DNA of 64,000 bases from an uncultured Gemmatimonadales bacterium (GTDB lineage: Bacteria; Gemmatimonadota; Gemmatimonadetes; Gemmatimonadales; Gemmatimonadaceae), in assembly GCA_963707505.1 (NCBI GenBank), contig CAVPQB010000004.1, forward strand, positions 512,001-576,000. The letters run 5' to 3'. The notes beneath the pieces are model-generated. The model was not told where the DNA came from. It ran no database searches and saw only the letters and a list, made by a program, of their open reading frames with translations. The translations under genes were made by a program, and so were the position numbers. This document shows, piece by piece, positions 38,062 through 47,398 of this stretch; positions within the stretch are counted from its first letter, which is position 1; each line of letters begins with the position of its first letter.

Positions 38062-39149
38062 GCCAGCGCACTCCATTACACGATGTCCACATCGCACTCG
38101 GCGCCAAGATGGTGCCGTTCGCCGGCTTCGAGATGCCGGTCCAGTATCCGGCGGGCATTACCGCCGAGCACAAGTCCGTGCGTGAGAACGTAGGGCTGTT
38201 CGACGTGAGCCACATGGGCGAGTTCATGATCCGTGGCGCGCAGGCAATCGACTTCGCGAATTACGTGACGACGAACGACGTGGCAGCTCTGTCTGTCGGC
38301 CAGGCACAGTACTCCACGATTCTGAATGAAGGTGGAACGATCGTGGACGATTGCCTCATTTACAGGTTCCCGGATCATCTGATGATGGTCGTCAACGCGT
38401 CGAACAAGGACAAGGACCTCGCGCACATCAGTGCGTACATGGATCGCTTTGATTGCAGTATCGAGGACGTGAGCGAGCGTATCGCACTGCTCGCACTTCA
38501 GGGGCCGCGTGCGCAGGAGGTCATGGCGCGATTCACGGACGTGAACCTCGACGACATCGCGTACTATCATTTTCAGGTTGCGACAGTTGCCGGCGTGCCG
38601 GACGTCATTCTGTCACGCACGGGTTACACCGGCGAGGACGGCTTCGAACTCTACTTCGACGCATCGCGTGCAGTCGAGATTTGGAATGCGCTCATGAGCG
38701 ACGGTTCTGTCGCCCCGGCTGGACTTGGCGCGCGCGATACGCTGCGTCTCGAGATGGGAATGGCGCTCTATGGCAACGACATCGACGACGGCACCACGCC
38801 GTACGAAGCAGGACTCGGCTGGCTGGTCAAGCTGAAGAAGGGTGACTTTGTGGGCAAGGAAGCGCTCGAACGGCAGAAAGCCGCAGGCATTCCCCGCAAG
38901 CTCATCGGTTTCACGATGCCGGACCGTGCCTTTCCGCGACACGGATATCCGGTCTCGTGCAACGGCGCGGCGAGTGGCGAGGTGCGGAGCGGCACAATGA
39001 GTCCGACGCTCGGTATTGCGATCGGTACGGCGTATCTGCCACTCGCGCTGGCGAAGGAAGGCACGGAGTTCGAAGTCGAGATCAGAGGTAAGCGTCTTCC
39101 CGCGGTTGTGCAGAAGATGCCATTTTACAAAAACGCATCGCATCGTTGA
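38058..39149 (+). CDS. gcvT: Glycine cleavage system aminomethyltransferase T
   Basis: [22 protein letters not shown] and [14 protein letters not shown] start overlapping the argF stop. Confidence 0.96.
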   Translation: MSQRTPLHDVHIALGAKMVPFAGFEMPVQYPAGITAEHKSVRENVGLFDVSHMGEFMIRGAQAIDFANYVTTNDVAALSVGQAQYSTILNEGGTIVDDCLIYRFPDHLMMVVNASNKDKDLAHISAYMDRFDCSIEDVSERIALLALQGPRAQEVMARFTDVNLDDIAYYHFQVATVAGVPDVILSRTGYTGEDGFELYFDASRAVEIWNALMSDGSVAPAGLGARDTLRLEMGMALYGNDIDDGTTPYEAGLGWLVKLKKGDFVGKEALERQKAAGIPRKLIGFTMPDRAFPRHGYPVSCNGAASGEVRSGTMSPTLGIAIGTAYLPLALAKEGTEFEVEIRGKRLPAVVQKMPFYKNASHR

Positions 39150-39664
39150 ACATCGCCATTGTCACTGTTTCGGACTCCGTTGCCCGTGGAACGCGTGCCG
39201 ATCTGTCGGGCGACGCAATCGCCGAGTGGGCTGTTGCTCGCGGCGACACTGTCATCTCGCGTGTCGTAACAGCTGACGACTCGGTAGAGATCGTGCGCGT
39301 CCTGATCGGTGTTTGCGACAGCGGCGCATGTGATCTTGTCGTTACCACCGGCGGTACCGGACTGTCGAAGCGTGACGTAACGCCTGAAGCAACACGTGCC
39401 GTGATATCTGCGGAGGCGCCCGGCTTCGGCGAGCGGCTGCGCGATCACGCGACTCGCTTTCCGCGTGCGTCCCTGTCGCGGGGTATCGCCGGCGTGCGCG
39501 CACGAACGTTGATCGTGAACCTTCCCGGCTCGCCGGGCGGCGTGCGTGACGGGTTGGCTACACTGGAGCCGGTGGTGTCGCATGCGTGCGACATTCTGAG
39601 CGGGCGTTTCACCGAGCACGCGACCGAGCACACGATCGAGCATCGGAGCGACGATGGCGCGTAG
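39146..39664 (+). CDS. moaB: MoaB/MogA molybdopterin adenylyltransferase family
   Basis: TVSD, TTGGTG-x-x-x-RDVTPEA and NLPGSP. Confidence 0.88.
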   Translation: MNIAIVTVSDSVARGTRADLSGDAIAEWAVARGDTVISRVVTADDSVEIVRVLIGVCDSGACDLVVTTGGTGLSKRDVTPEATRAVISAEAPGFGERLRDHATRFPRASLSRGIAGVRARTLIVNLPGSPGGVRDGLATLEPVVSHACDILSGRFTEHATEHTIEHRSDDGA

Positions 39665-41231
39665 CGGCGGCGCGACCGTGGTGATCACGCTCGCCGACGT
39701 GGAGCCCGCGGTGCGCCTCAACGCGATGCTCGAAGCCGCCGGCATTACCACGTCGATGGTTTCGGCTGTGGACAATCTCGCGACCGAGATTCGTCGCACG
39801 CGGCCGGAGCTGATAGTGCTGACGGGGAACATCGCCGATCCCGCTGTGCGTCAGGTAGTGCGCGACCAGCTGTGGGAAGGAATCGCGGTGATCGGCCTCG
39901 CCGACGTCGCCGATCCGCAGCTCATCGAGCGGTTGCGCGCGATCGGGTTTGTCGACGTGTACACCAAGCCCGTCGTTGCGGAAGATCTCTTCGATGCAGT
40001 GAAGCGTGTGCTCGAGCGTCGCCGGCTCGCCGAATCTACCGGGCTTGTGGGACAGTCGGACGCGATCCGCGAAGTTCTCGTGCGCGTCGAGCAGATGGCG
40101 CCCGTATCCAGCACGGTACTGATCGAAGGAGAGAGTGGCACCGGCAAGGAGCTCGTGGCGCGTGCGATTCACCAATTGAGTCCACGCCGGTCGCGGCCGT
40201 TCATCGCCGTGAACGTCGGCGCGCTGCCGGAAACGTTGCTCGAGAGCGAGCTGTTCGGCCATGAGAAGGGGGCGTTCACCGGCGCTGCCGAGCGTCGCAT
40301 TGGTCGCTTCGAGCTTGCCGATACCGGCACCCTGTTCCTCGACGAGATCGGCGACGTACCGCCCGCGACGCAGGTCAAGCTTCTGCGCGTGATCGAGGAG
40401 CGTGAGGTTACGCGGGTAGGAGGAACGACGCCCATCAAAGTCAATGTGCGCGTCGTGACCGCTACGAATCAGCCGCTCCGTCAACTCGTCGAAGAGGGTC
40501 GGTTCAGATCGGACCTGTACTACAGGCTCAATGTTCTCAGCATCTATCTACCGCCGCTGCGCGAGCGTCGCGCCGACATTCCCCTACTCGTGCGTCGTTT
40601 TGTCCGGCAGTTTTCCGCGCAGCACGACCGGCCTTTCCACGGCATCTCGGCGGACGCCATGCAGATCATGGCCGATTATGCGTGGCCCGGGAACGTGCGG
40701 CAGCTCAAGAATCTGATCGAGAGCATGGTGGTGCTGGCACCGGGTCGGGAGATTACCGCGTCCGACATACCGGCAGAGGTGCGGGAAACGTCGAGCTTGC
40801 TACCGGTGCGGATAGTACCGCCGGTAATGCGCGGAGGTGAAGGCGGAGCTGGTGGGAGCGCTGGCGCGCGCGAGCTCGAGTTCATCGTCCACAGTCTTGT
40901 GGAGCTGAGGCTGCAGCTGGACGAGCTGCGCCGGCGCGTGGATGAGAGCAGCGCAGGCGCCGGGTCGGCTGTTGCCGGAGGTATGGAACCACGCTCGCTC
41001 GTCCCTGCGATAGGCGCTCTCGAGCCGGCGGCTCCGCCCGCTCCAAATGTTTTGACGATAACGCCGGGGATGACCATGGCCGAGATCGAGCGGGGGGCGA
41101 TCGAGGCGGCGTTGCGTGAAACTGATGGGAATCGGCGTCGAGCTGCCGAACTTCTAGGTATAGGTGAGCGGACGCTATACCGGAAGTTACGTGATTACGA
41201 CATCCCGGATGGCTACGCCACTATTGCCTAA
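39654..41231 (+). CDS. Sigma54-dependent enhancer-binding protein with degenerate receiver domain
   Basis: [22 protein letters not shown] and HTH; the receiver-like N-terminus has LIVLT where the phospho-Asp is expected. Confidence 0.9.
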   Translation: MARSGGATVVITLADVEPAVRLNAMLEAAGITTSMVSAVDNLATEIRRTRPELIVLTGNIADPAVRQVVRDQLWEGIAVIGLADVADPQLIERLRAIGFVDVYTKPVVAEDLFDAVKRVLERRRLAESTGLVGQSDAIREVLVRVEQMAPVSSTVLIEGESGTGKELVARAIHQLSPRRSRPFIAVNVGALPETLLESELFGHEKGAFTGAAERRIGRFELADTGTLFLDEIGDVPPATQVKLLRVIEEREVTRVGGTTPIKVNVRVVTATNQPLRQLVEEGRFRSDLYYRLNVLSIYLPPLRERRADIPLLVRRFVRQFSAQHDRPFHGISADAMQIMADYAWPGNVRQLKNLIESMVVLAPGREITASDIPAEVRETSSLLPVRIVPPVMRGGEGGAGGSAGARELEFIVHSLVELRLQLDELRRRVDESSAGAGSAVAGGMEPRSLVPAIGALEPAAPPAPNVLTITPGMTMAEIERGAIEAALRETDGNRRRAAELLGIGERTLYRKLRDYDIPDGYATIA

Positions 41232-41383
41232 ACCGGCATGTGGCCACACTTTGTCATGGCCGCCAAAGGAGGGAGAAAGTTTCCTTTCTTGGCGGGCTTG
41301 TGTCTTACGGGTCATCTATCGTCGGGTGGCATCTGCGGGGGCGACTATCGTCTCGCGTAGCCAAACTTTAGTTCCTTAAACGC

Positions 41384-42149
41384 GTGACTACATTTGTGAC
41401 GCCCGCACGGCTCGGGGAGCAAGCCGAAGAATTGATCCGCACGTTGCCTGGTGTGGTGTCCGTGCGTGTGGTGGATAATGGGGAGGGCTCGATTCAGGAG
41501 GTGCACATCCTGACGACGTCCGAGGTGCCCGCCAAGCAGACCGTTCGCAATGTCGAGAGTGCCTTGTTTGCGCACCTTGGCTTGCGGATCGACCATCGCC
41601 GCGTATCGATAGCCGCGGTGAGCGAGGCCCCGCCACCACAGCCGAAACCGGCACCGCCGCCGACGTCGACGCCATCGCCGATCGCGCCTCCGAAAAGCCG
41701 GACGCGCTGCCGATACTGAGGGAATGGGTGTTTACACGCCTACACCAGGGTTGGACGGGCCGCGTCGCCGGATCTATTTCGAGGATGTGGAAGTCCGCGG
41801 ATCCAGAGCGCGCGGTGTGTCGTGTCGCGTGTCGCTCATCAAGGATGGAACGTCGTTCATCGGAGAGGCGCGCGGAGTCGATGGTGACCGTGCGCGTTTG
41901 GAGTTGGCGGCTCGTGCAGCATGTCTCGCGATTGGAGACGCTGATTCGAAGGATCGTCAGTTCGGGCTCGAAGGTGTGCGCGTGTTTGAAGCGTTCGACA
42001 GGAAGTTCATCTTCGTTGGCGTTGCGGTGCGACACGGACGCGAGGTCCGGTTGCTTGCTGGAACGTGCGAAGTGAGTGATAGCGCAGAGACGGCGTCGGT
42101 ACTTGCCGTGTTGGATGCAACGAACCGTTGGTTGGAGTACGGCGCGTAA
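41384..42149 (+). CDS. Two-domain hypothetical protein, split by an apparent frameshift in a Pro-rich linker (ORFs 41384-41719 and 41724-42149)
   Basis: N-domain EVHIL..KQTVRNVESAL..IDHRRVSIA, Pro linker, C-domain ending AVLDATNR; no RBS for the second piece. Confidence 0.65.
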
Positions 42150-42214
42150 CCATGCGCGACCCGATGCTTACCTCGAGAAGAACTATAGACTAATCAAGAC
42201 AAAACCCCCGTTCC

Positions 42215-42300
42215 CCGACCTAGCGGAGTTGAGACGGTAGGTTAGGCAGGAACGAGCGGAGCCAACCTTTGCAGTTTGCACGCGCGCAAGCGTCGTGACA
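42215..42300 (+). ncRNA. Candidate structured cis-regulatory RNA leader
   Basis: Competing stems GACCTA/TAGGTT and AGGTT(A)GGC/GCCAACCT; several GGA motifs; no family recognised. Confidence 0.3.
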
Positions 42301-42324
42301 AAACGGATGGGAGGTGACGCGGAC

Positions 42325-42391
42325 ATGAGTTTCTTTGCAGCTTTTTTTGTCGCTATGTTTTCGGGCGGCGGGTACGCAAGAGTGGTCATAG
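42325..42391 (+). CDS. Putative about 21-aa hydrophobic peptide (MSFFAAF...GTQEWS), requires removal of one base
   Basis: Strong RBS GGGAGGTGA 7 nt before the ATG; the alternate frame ends ACG CAA GAG TGG TCA TAG; as assembled it reads through into the next gene. Confidence 0.4.
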
Positions 42392-42417
42392 GGTCGTGGA
42401 CGGGGGTCCTTGCACAT

Positions 42418-43731
42418 ATGATGAAACAGCCAGTTCGCACGTACATTCTCACCATTGCACTGCTAGCCAGTGCATCGCTTGCGCTACTCGTTTGGATTGC
42501 GCCCGTACGCGGGCGCGGATCATCTTCGAGCAGTCGCCACGCTGAGCGTCATTGCGCTCGCGACTCACATGATGGGTCACTCGCTGTCACGAAATACGAC
42601 CGGGACTGTATCCTTCGTTCCGTTTCTCGCGAGCGCGGCCATCTCGCCCGACTGGTTAACCGTTCTGGGCGTAGTGATTGTAGCGGCTGCCGTGCAGGTT
42701 GTCAGACGGCAGCCCCCTTGCGAAGGGCCTGTTCAACCTTTGTCAGCAAGGCCTCTCCGTGTCCACCGCGATTCTAGCGTACGATTGTTTGGTGGAACAT
42801 CGGTCCTTCAGGGCGGCTCGCTCCCGTATGCAGCCTTCGGTGCGCTGTTCCTGACATACTCTGCAGTCAACAGTCTTTCCGTAAGCGGTGTCGTCGCCTT
42901 GAGCGAAGGACGCCGTCTTTGGGAGGTTTGGACTGAGAACAGCCTCGGAACTCTAGCCTATGACGTCATTGCGCTTCCAGTAATTGTGTGATTGGCTTGG
43001 GTCTACGCGAAGTACGCTGCGCCTGGTGCGTTCGGTGTCGCCGTTTCTCTGTTGGGTTGCGAGAACTGTACATCGTCAACCTCCAGCTTGAAAAGGCGAA
43101 CCAGGAACTGCTGGAATTGATGGTTGCAGCGATCGAGGCGCGGGATCCATATACGTCGGGCCATTCGAGGCGCGTCTCGGAGCACGCCAAGGTCATAGCG
43201 CAGATCGTCGGTCTGCGGTCGTCCGTGGCACGGCGCGTCGAGATCGCCGCACTACTCCACGACGTAGGCAAGATCCACGAGATATTCGCGCCAATTCTGC
43301 TGAAACCAGGTCGTTTGACAGAAGAAGAAAACGCGATCATGCAGACGCACCCAATCAAGAGCGAAGAACTGGTTGCGAAGGTCTCACAGTTGAGGGACGT
43401 GGTGTCCGCAGTCCGTCACCACCATGAGAATTGGGATGGTACTGGCTACCCGGATGGACTCGCGGGCGACCGCATTCCGCTTGCGTCGCGTATCATAATG
43501 TTCGCGGACACGATTGATGCCATGACATCAGACCGGCCATACCGCAAAGCGTTGGACGCGGATGCTGTCAGATCCGAGCTTATGAAGCATCGCGGGCGGC
43601 AATTTGATCCAGTGATTTGTGATGCTCTGTTGAGCAGTGGACGGTTTAACGAGCTATTCAAGCATTCGTCACACCAGTCTCTACCGCATACACAGGAAGT
43701 CCCCCGACTTCGGCTCGCATCACAAGCCTGA
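42418..43731 (+). CDS. Multi-TM sensor plus HD-GYP cyclic-dinucleotide phosphodiesterase (N-terminal half frameshifted several times)
   Basis: RDPYTSGHSRRV, LLHDVGKI, HHENWDGTGYP and DAMTSDRPYR; TM segments are spread over three frames (e.g. KGLFNLCQ). Confidence 0.8.
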
Positions 43732-46700
43732 ACCGAGACGGGCGAGCTCGACGATTATCTCCGGTGCAACAGGCTTCGTATCTCTGCGCTCGCACCTGAC
43801 GTACCGATCGAGGAATTCTCGCGCCAATTCCACGTCTCCGAGATAGCGATACCCGAGGTACAATGAATAGCATTCGTAATCTTGGGCGCCGGTGGTCCGG
43901 AGCAGAGAACTTGCGTTGGCAAGTTTGAACACCCACTCGGCCAGTTCGCTTTGACCAACGCCTTGGCCAACCCCCAGCCGGACCTTCGTCGCGAGCGCAG
44001 CGGTTCGGAACTGAACTACCGAATCCTCCCATAGCGGACGGGATCGGGGCGATTCCAGCAGACGATGTGCCGCGTCCCACTGCCTCCGCCAGATGTGCAC
44101 ACGGGCGATGGCAATGCGTAGGCTGCGGTGCGATCTAAGTTCCTCGTTGGGGCGGCGCAGCCGTCTATACTTGGCGGCCCATTGACTCGCAATGTCGACG
44201 CGCCCTGAGTCGCAATGCATTTCGATTAGTCGATTGCATGCTTCTGCCGCTAAGTCGTGGCAGTGAAATTGAACGGCAGATTGAAAGAGCGACTCACAGA
44301 CGGCTTCACCCTCCCCGGGGAGACCGCCGCGGCGCAGAGCACTGGTGCAATTGAGCATAATTGTCAAACGATGCCGTGGCGGGAGCGTACGCTCTGCAAA
44401 GAGCAACAGTTCGCGCGCGGCAAGTGTGCCGGCGTCGGCGCGACCACGAATGGTCTCGTATATCATGTGCAGCATCAGTCTGTGTTGCACGGCGACGTTC
44501 GGCTGGAACGACAGGGGTGCTACCTCTCGGTACACTGCATCCATCGTATCGAGATCGCTGATGTTCGACGCAATCTTGAGTGCGTTGATTGCAGCTTGAA
44601 TGCGGTGTGAAGCATCGGCATCACATGCGTATACGCATCGCAGCGTCATCTGGAGCGTGCTGTTCCAGTCTCGATGCAAGCTGCGCTGCGCGTTTAGCTC
44701 CCAGAGCTCGAGATCGTCGTGAATGGTCTTCGCATCGCCACCATACTCCTCGAGCGACCGGACTTGGATAACGGTATTGCAGAACGACCGCCAGTCACGT
44801 CCCACATATTGCGAGTGCGCCATTGCGCGCAGTATCAATACTCTGCTGGCGTTACCGCGGCACGTCTGGAGCGCAGTGCTACACCGCTTCACCGCCTCAT
44901 CCACCAGTCCCATGTCGTGGAGATGACGTGCACATGCTACGGCGGCCAGGGTCGAACGATCGGGTTGGCCGGCGCTCTGCCAGTGGTCGGCGCAGTCCCA
45001 GAATAACTCCGCGGAGCGCGTTGTGGTTGCGACCGTTTCGAGGGCGTTGGCTGCGGCGTGGTGTAGCAATGCACGTCCAGGTGCGGACAGCCCACGGGTG
45101 GCGGCACGGAGGACTATGTCGTGGCGACACAGTACCGATGCAGTGCCATCGGTGGCGCCCTCTCCAATGGCGAGCATGCTGGCCTCGCCGAGTGCTTCGA
45201 TCGCGGCGAACAGAACGTGCGTTGGAAACTGGAGCACTTGCTGGAGCAACTCCACGGTGCTGTTTTTGCCGAGTATGGCAGCGGCCTGGAGCACGCGGAG
45301 TGCGTCGGGTCTGAGGTTGGCGAGCCTCGTCTCGACGAGCGCGATCAGTGACGGTGGGGCAGTGTACTGCTCGCCGGTCGCGATCCAGAAATTGACGAGC
45401 TCCTCGATGAAGTATGGATTGCCGCCCGATGTCTGGACGCACCAATCGATGAAGCTGTCGTCCGCGCTGCGGCCGTGTTTGGCGAGTCGATTGGAGATGT
45501 GTGCGCGTGCCGCGGTCGTATCCAGGGCGGAAAGCTCCTCGATGACGAACGTGTCGGGCTCGCCCCACGCGGTATCCCTCCATTTCACACGCGAGGTACA
45601 AACGATCATCACGTGTCCGTGCGCGGTAGTTGCAAGCGTTCGCAGCAACGCCCACGATGCCGAGTCGATCCAGTGTACGTCCTCGACAACGAGCAGCAAC
45701 GGTTGTTCGTCCGCAATCGCTTCGACGAGATCGATAACGGCGGCACGGGTCGACGCCGACTCGTACTGTGTCTCGTCGCGAGCCATGGTCGATGCGTCAT
45801 CGCCCGATGTGTGCGTGATACGGTTCAGACACGAGAGCGTGCTGGGTGCGCATCCGGCAGCACCCGGCAATGATTGCAGGCGCGGTACCGCCTGCACGAA
45901 CGCGGACAGCGGCCGCTGCGCATCGTGGTTGCCGCATGATACGGTGCAGGTGACGGCGTTTCTGCTGCGCATCCATGCGGAGAATTCACGGATCAGGCGG
46001 CTCTTTCCGACGCCCGCGGGCGCGGAGATGTAGGCGGAACTCACCTTTCCGCGAAACGCGCGCTCAGCCTGTGCTCGCAAGCGCTCCATGGATTCGGTGC
46101 GCCCAACGAGCATGGTGTCATCGCTAGCTGTGGCGACCGATCTCCGGTCGGGCCATTTGACAGCGGGCGCAGTCTCACGCAACTGCGCTACGGCGCGATC
46201 GGCGGTTTCACGGGGAATGGCAGCGTGTCGAGATTCGCGGTTCCGGCGTGCCAGATGCTCCGCGGCGCGAGCACGCGCGATGAGCGCGGATTGATGTTCC
46301 GGGTCCAGCTTCAGCGCCTTGTTGGCAAGCGAGAGAGTAACCGGCCAGTCACTCGATGCACTCGCTCGCGTCATTCCCGCAACGACGATGTCCAACAAAC
46401 GCAGATGCAAATCGTCACGCCACTCGTCGACCCAATCATTGAATGCGGGCGAGGCTCGGGGTGAGTATCCCGGGAGAATCGACAGGTCGCGTTCTGCGAG
46501 CTTCGCGGGCTCTTCCGTGCTCAGCAGATCGATATCGATCGAGGCGGCGTCGCGCGGAACCCAGATGCAGGCGGACTCATCGCGGTGGATGTGCAACCCT
46601 TTGCGGCGCAGCTTGTGGATCAGCTCACTGAGCGAGTGCGATGCGTCCGCGGCGCGCATGGCGGGCCAGAAGAGCTTCTCGATCTGTCGGCGCGGAACCC

Positions 46701-46818
46701 GATTACCTCGCTCGCGGGTGAGGTAGGATCCGAGCGCGAAGCACATGTCCGCGCGCGGGCTGATCGTGGTGATCGCCGTTCGTATCAAGCACTGCCCAAG
46801 CGCGTGCAGGACGACCAA
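43720..46818 (-). CDS. Large regulator: winged-helix/BTAD-like N-terminus, AAA (STAND-like) ATPase, TPR-like helical C-terminus
   Basis: ALG..FWP..SLSELIHKLR, FNDW, LVGR, APAGVGKSRL, LLLVVEDVHWID and GGNPYFIEEL. Confidence 0.85.
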   Translation of the reverse strand: MVVLHALGQCLIRTAITTISPRADMCFALGSYLTRERGNRVPRRQIEKLFWPAMRAADASHSLSELIHKLRRKGLHIHRDESACIWVPRDAASIDIDLLSTEEPAKLAERDLSILPGYSPRASPAFNDWVDEWRDDLHLRLLDIVVAGMTRASASSDWPVTLSLANKALKLDPEHQSALIARARAAEHLARRNRESRHAAIPRETADRAVAQLRETAPAVKWPDRRSVATASDDTMLVGRTESMERLRAQAERAFRGKVSSAYISAPAGVGKSRLIREFSAWMRSRNAVTCTVSCGNHDAQRPLSAFVQAVPRLQSLPGAAGCAPSTLSCLNRITHTSGDDASTMARDETQYESASTRAAVIDLVEAIADEQPLLLVVEDVHWIDSASWALLRTLATTAHGHVMIVCTSRVKWRDTAWGEPDTFVIEELSALDTTAARAHISNRLAKHGRSADDSFIDWCVQTSGGNPYFIEELVNFWIATGEQYTAPPSLIALVETRLANLRPDALRVLQAAAILGKNSTVELLQQVLQFPTHVLFAAIEALGEASMLAIGEGATDGTASVLCRHDIVLRAATRGLSAPGRALLHHAAANALETVATTTRSAELFWDCADHWQSAGQPDRSTLAAVACARHLHDMGLVDEAVKRCSTALQTCRGNASRVLILRAMAHSQYVGRDWRSFCNTVIQVRSLEEYGGDAKTIHDDLELWELNAQRSLHRDWNSTLQMTLRCVYACDADASHRIQAAINALKIASNISDLDTMDAVYREVAPLSFQPNVAVQHRLMLHMIYETIRGRADAGTLAARELLLFAERTLPPRHRLTIMLNCTSALRRGGLPGEGEAVCESLFQSAVQFHCHDLAAEACNRLIEMHCDSGRVDIASQWAAKYRRLRRPNEELRSHRSLRIAIARVHIWRRQWDAAHRLLESPRSRPLWEDSVVQFRTAALATKVRLGVGQGVGQSELAEWVFKLANASSLLRTTGAQDYECYSLYLGYRYLGDVELAREFLDRYVRCERRDTKPVAPEIIVELARLGSGL

Positions 46819-46862
46819 GAGTGCCCCTTCTATGGAGGAGGAGCGGGAAAAGTAACGACTCG

Positions 46863-46891
46863 AATCATCGTTCGAAAACGAACCGATGATT
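46863..46891. promoter_or_regulatory. Inverted repeat upstream of the AAA regulator (operator or terminator)
   Basis: AATCATCG-TTCG-AAAA-CGAA-C-CGATGATT. Confidence 0.45.
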
Positions 46892-46964
46892 TTCTAACGG
46901 TGCGGCTCGGGAAGGGCTTGGACTGGCGCTTACGAATCTGGGTGCCGAGATCGACTGGTCTCGC

Positions 46965-47312
46965 TCAGCAGGTCCTGGCCCATGGCACGATATCCAGCCG
47001 CGCGAATGGGATTTCCTTGCCGGTGTTCTCGCAGATCCCGAATTGATCCGGGTGATTGTACATGCGCTCGAGGGCGGCATCGATCTCCGCGAGCGTCTTC
47101 GACTCGCGGTCTACCATCACCGCGTCCATCTCATGCTGCATGGTGTCGGTGCCCTGGTCAGCCATGTGGAGGGGCATCTTGGTGATGTCGCCTGCCTGGT
47201 CCTGGTCGTCCTCGTTCTCATTCTGGGCGGCGTACCGGGAGAGGAGCTGATTGACGCGGTCGCGCTCCTGGAGGAGGCGGCTCTCGAGATGTTTGCGTTG
47301 GGCTTGGGTCAT
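46965..47312 (-). CDS. DksA/TraR family protein, two-Cys variant
   Basis: HMADQGTD, EIDAALER and GICENTGKEIPFARL-x-x-x-PWARTC*. Confidence 0.88.
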   Translation of the reverse strand: MTQAQRKHLESRLLQERDRVNQLLSRYAAQNENEDDQDQAGDITKMPLHMADQGTDTMQHEMDAVMVDRESKTLAEIDAALERMYNHPDQFGICENTGKEIPFARLDIVPWARTC

Positions 47313-47381
47313 GATGCGACATGATGCAAGGGTCGGGCTACGGGGGTACAGGGGCACGCGGCGGGGGCCAGCCAACACACA

Positions 47382-47396
47382 GGGGCCTGCCCCAAC
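47382..47396. repeat. REP family B half-element
   Basis: GGGGCCTGCCCCAAC is the exact reverse complement of 52590-52604. Confidence 0.55.
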
Positions 47397-47398
47397 AA

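Noticed and set aside
42238..42268. SRP RNA helix 8 resemblance (TAGG-CA-GGAA-CG-AGC)
   Set aside because: The stem around the GGAA loop does not pair as in SRP, and the long flanking helix is missing
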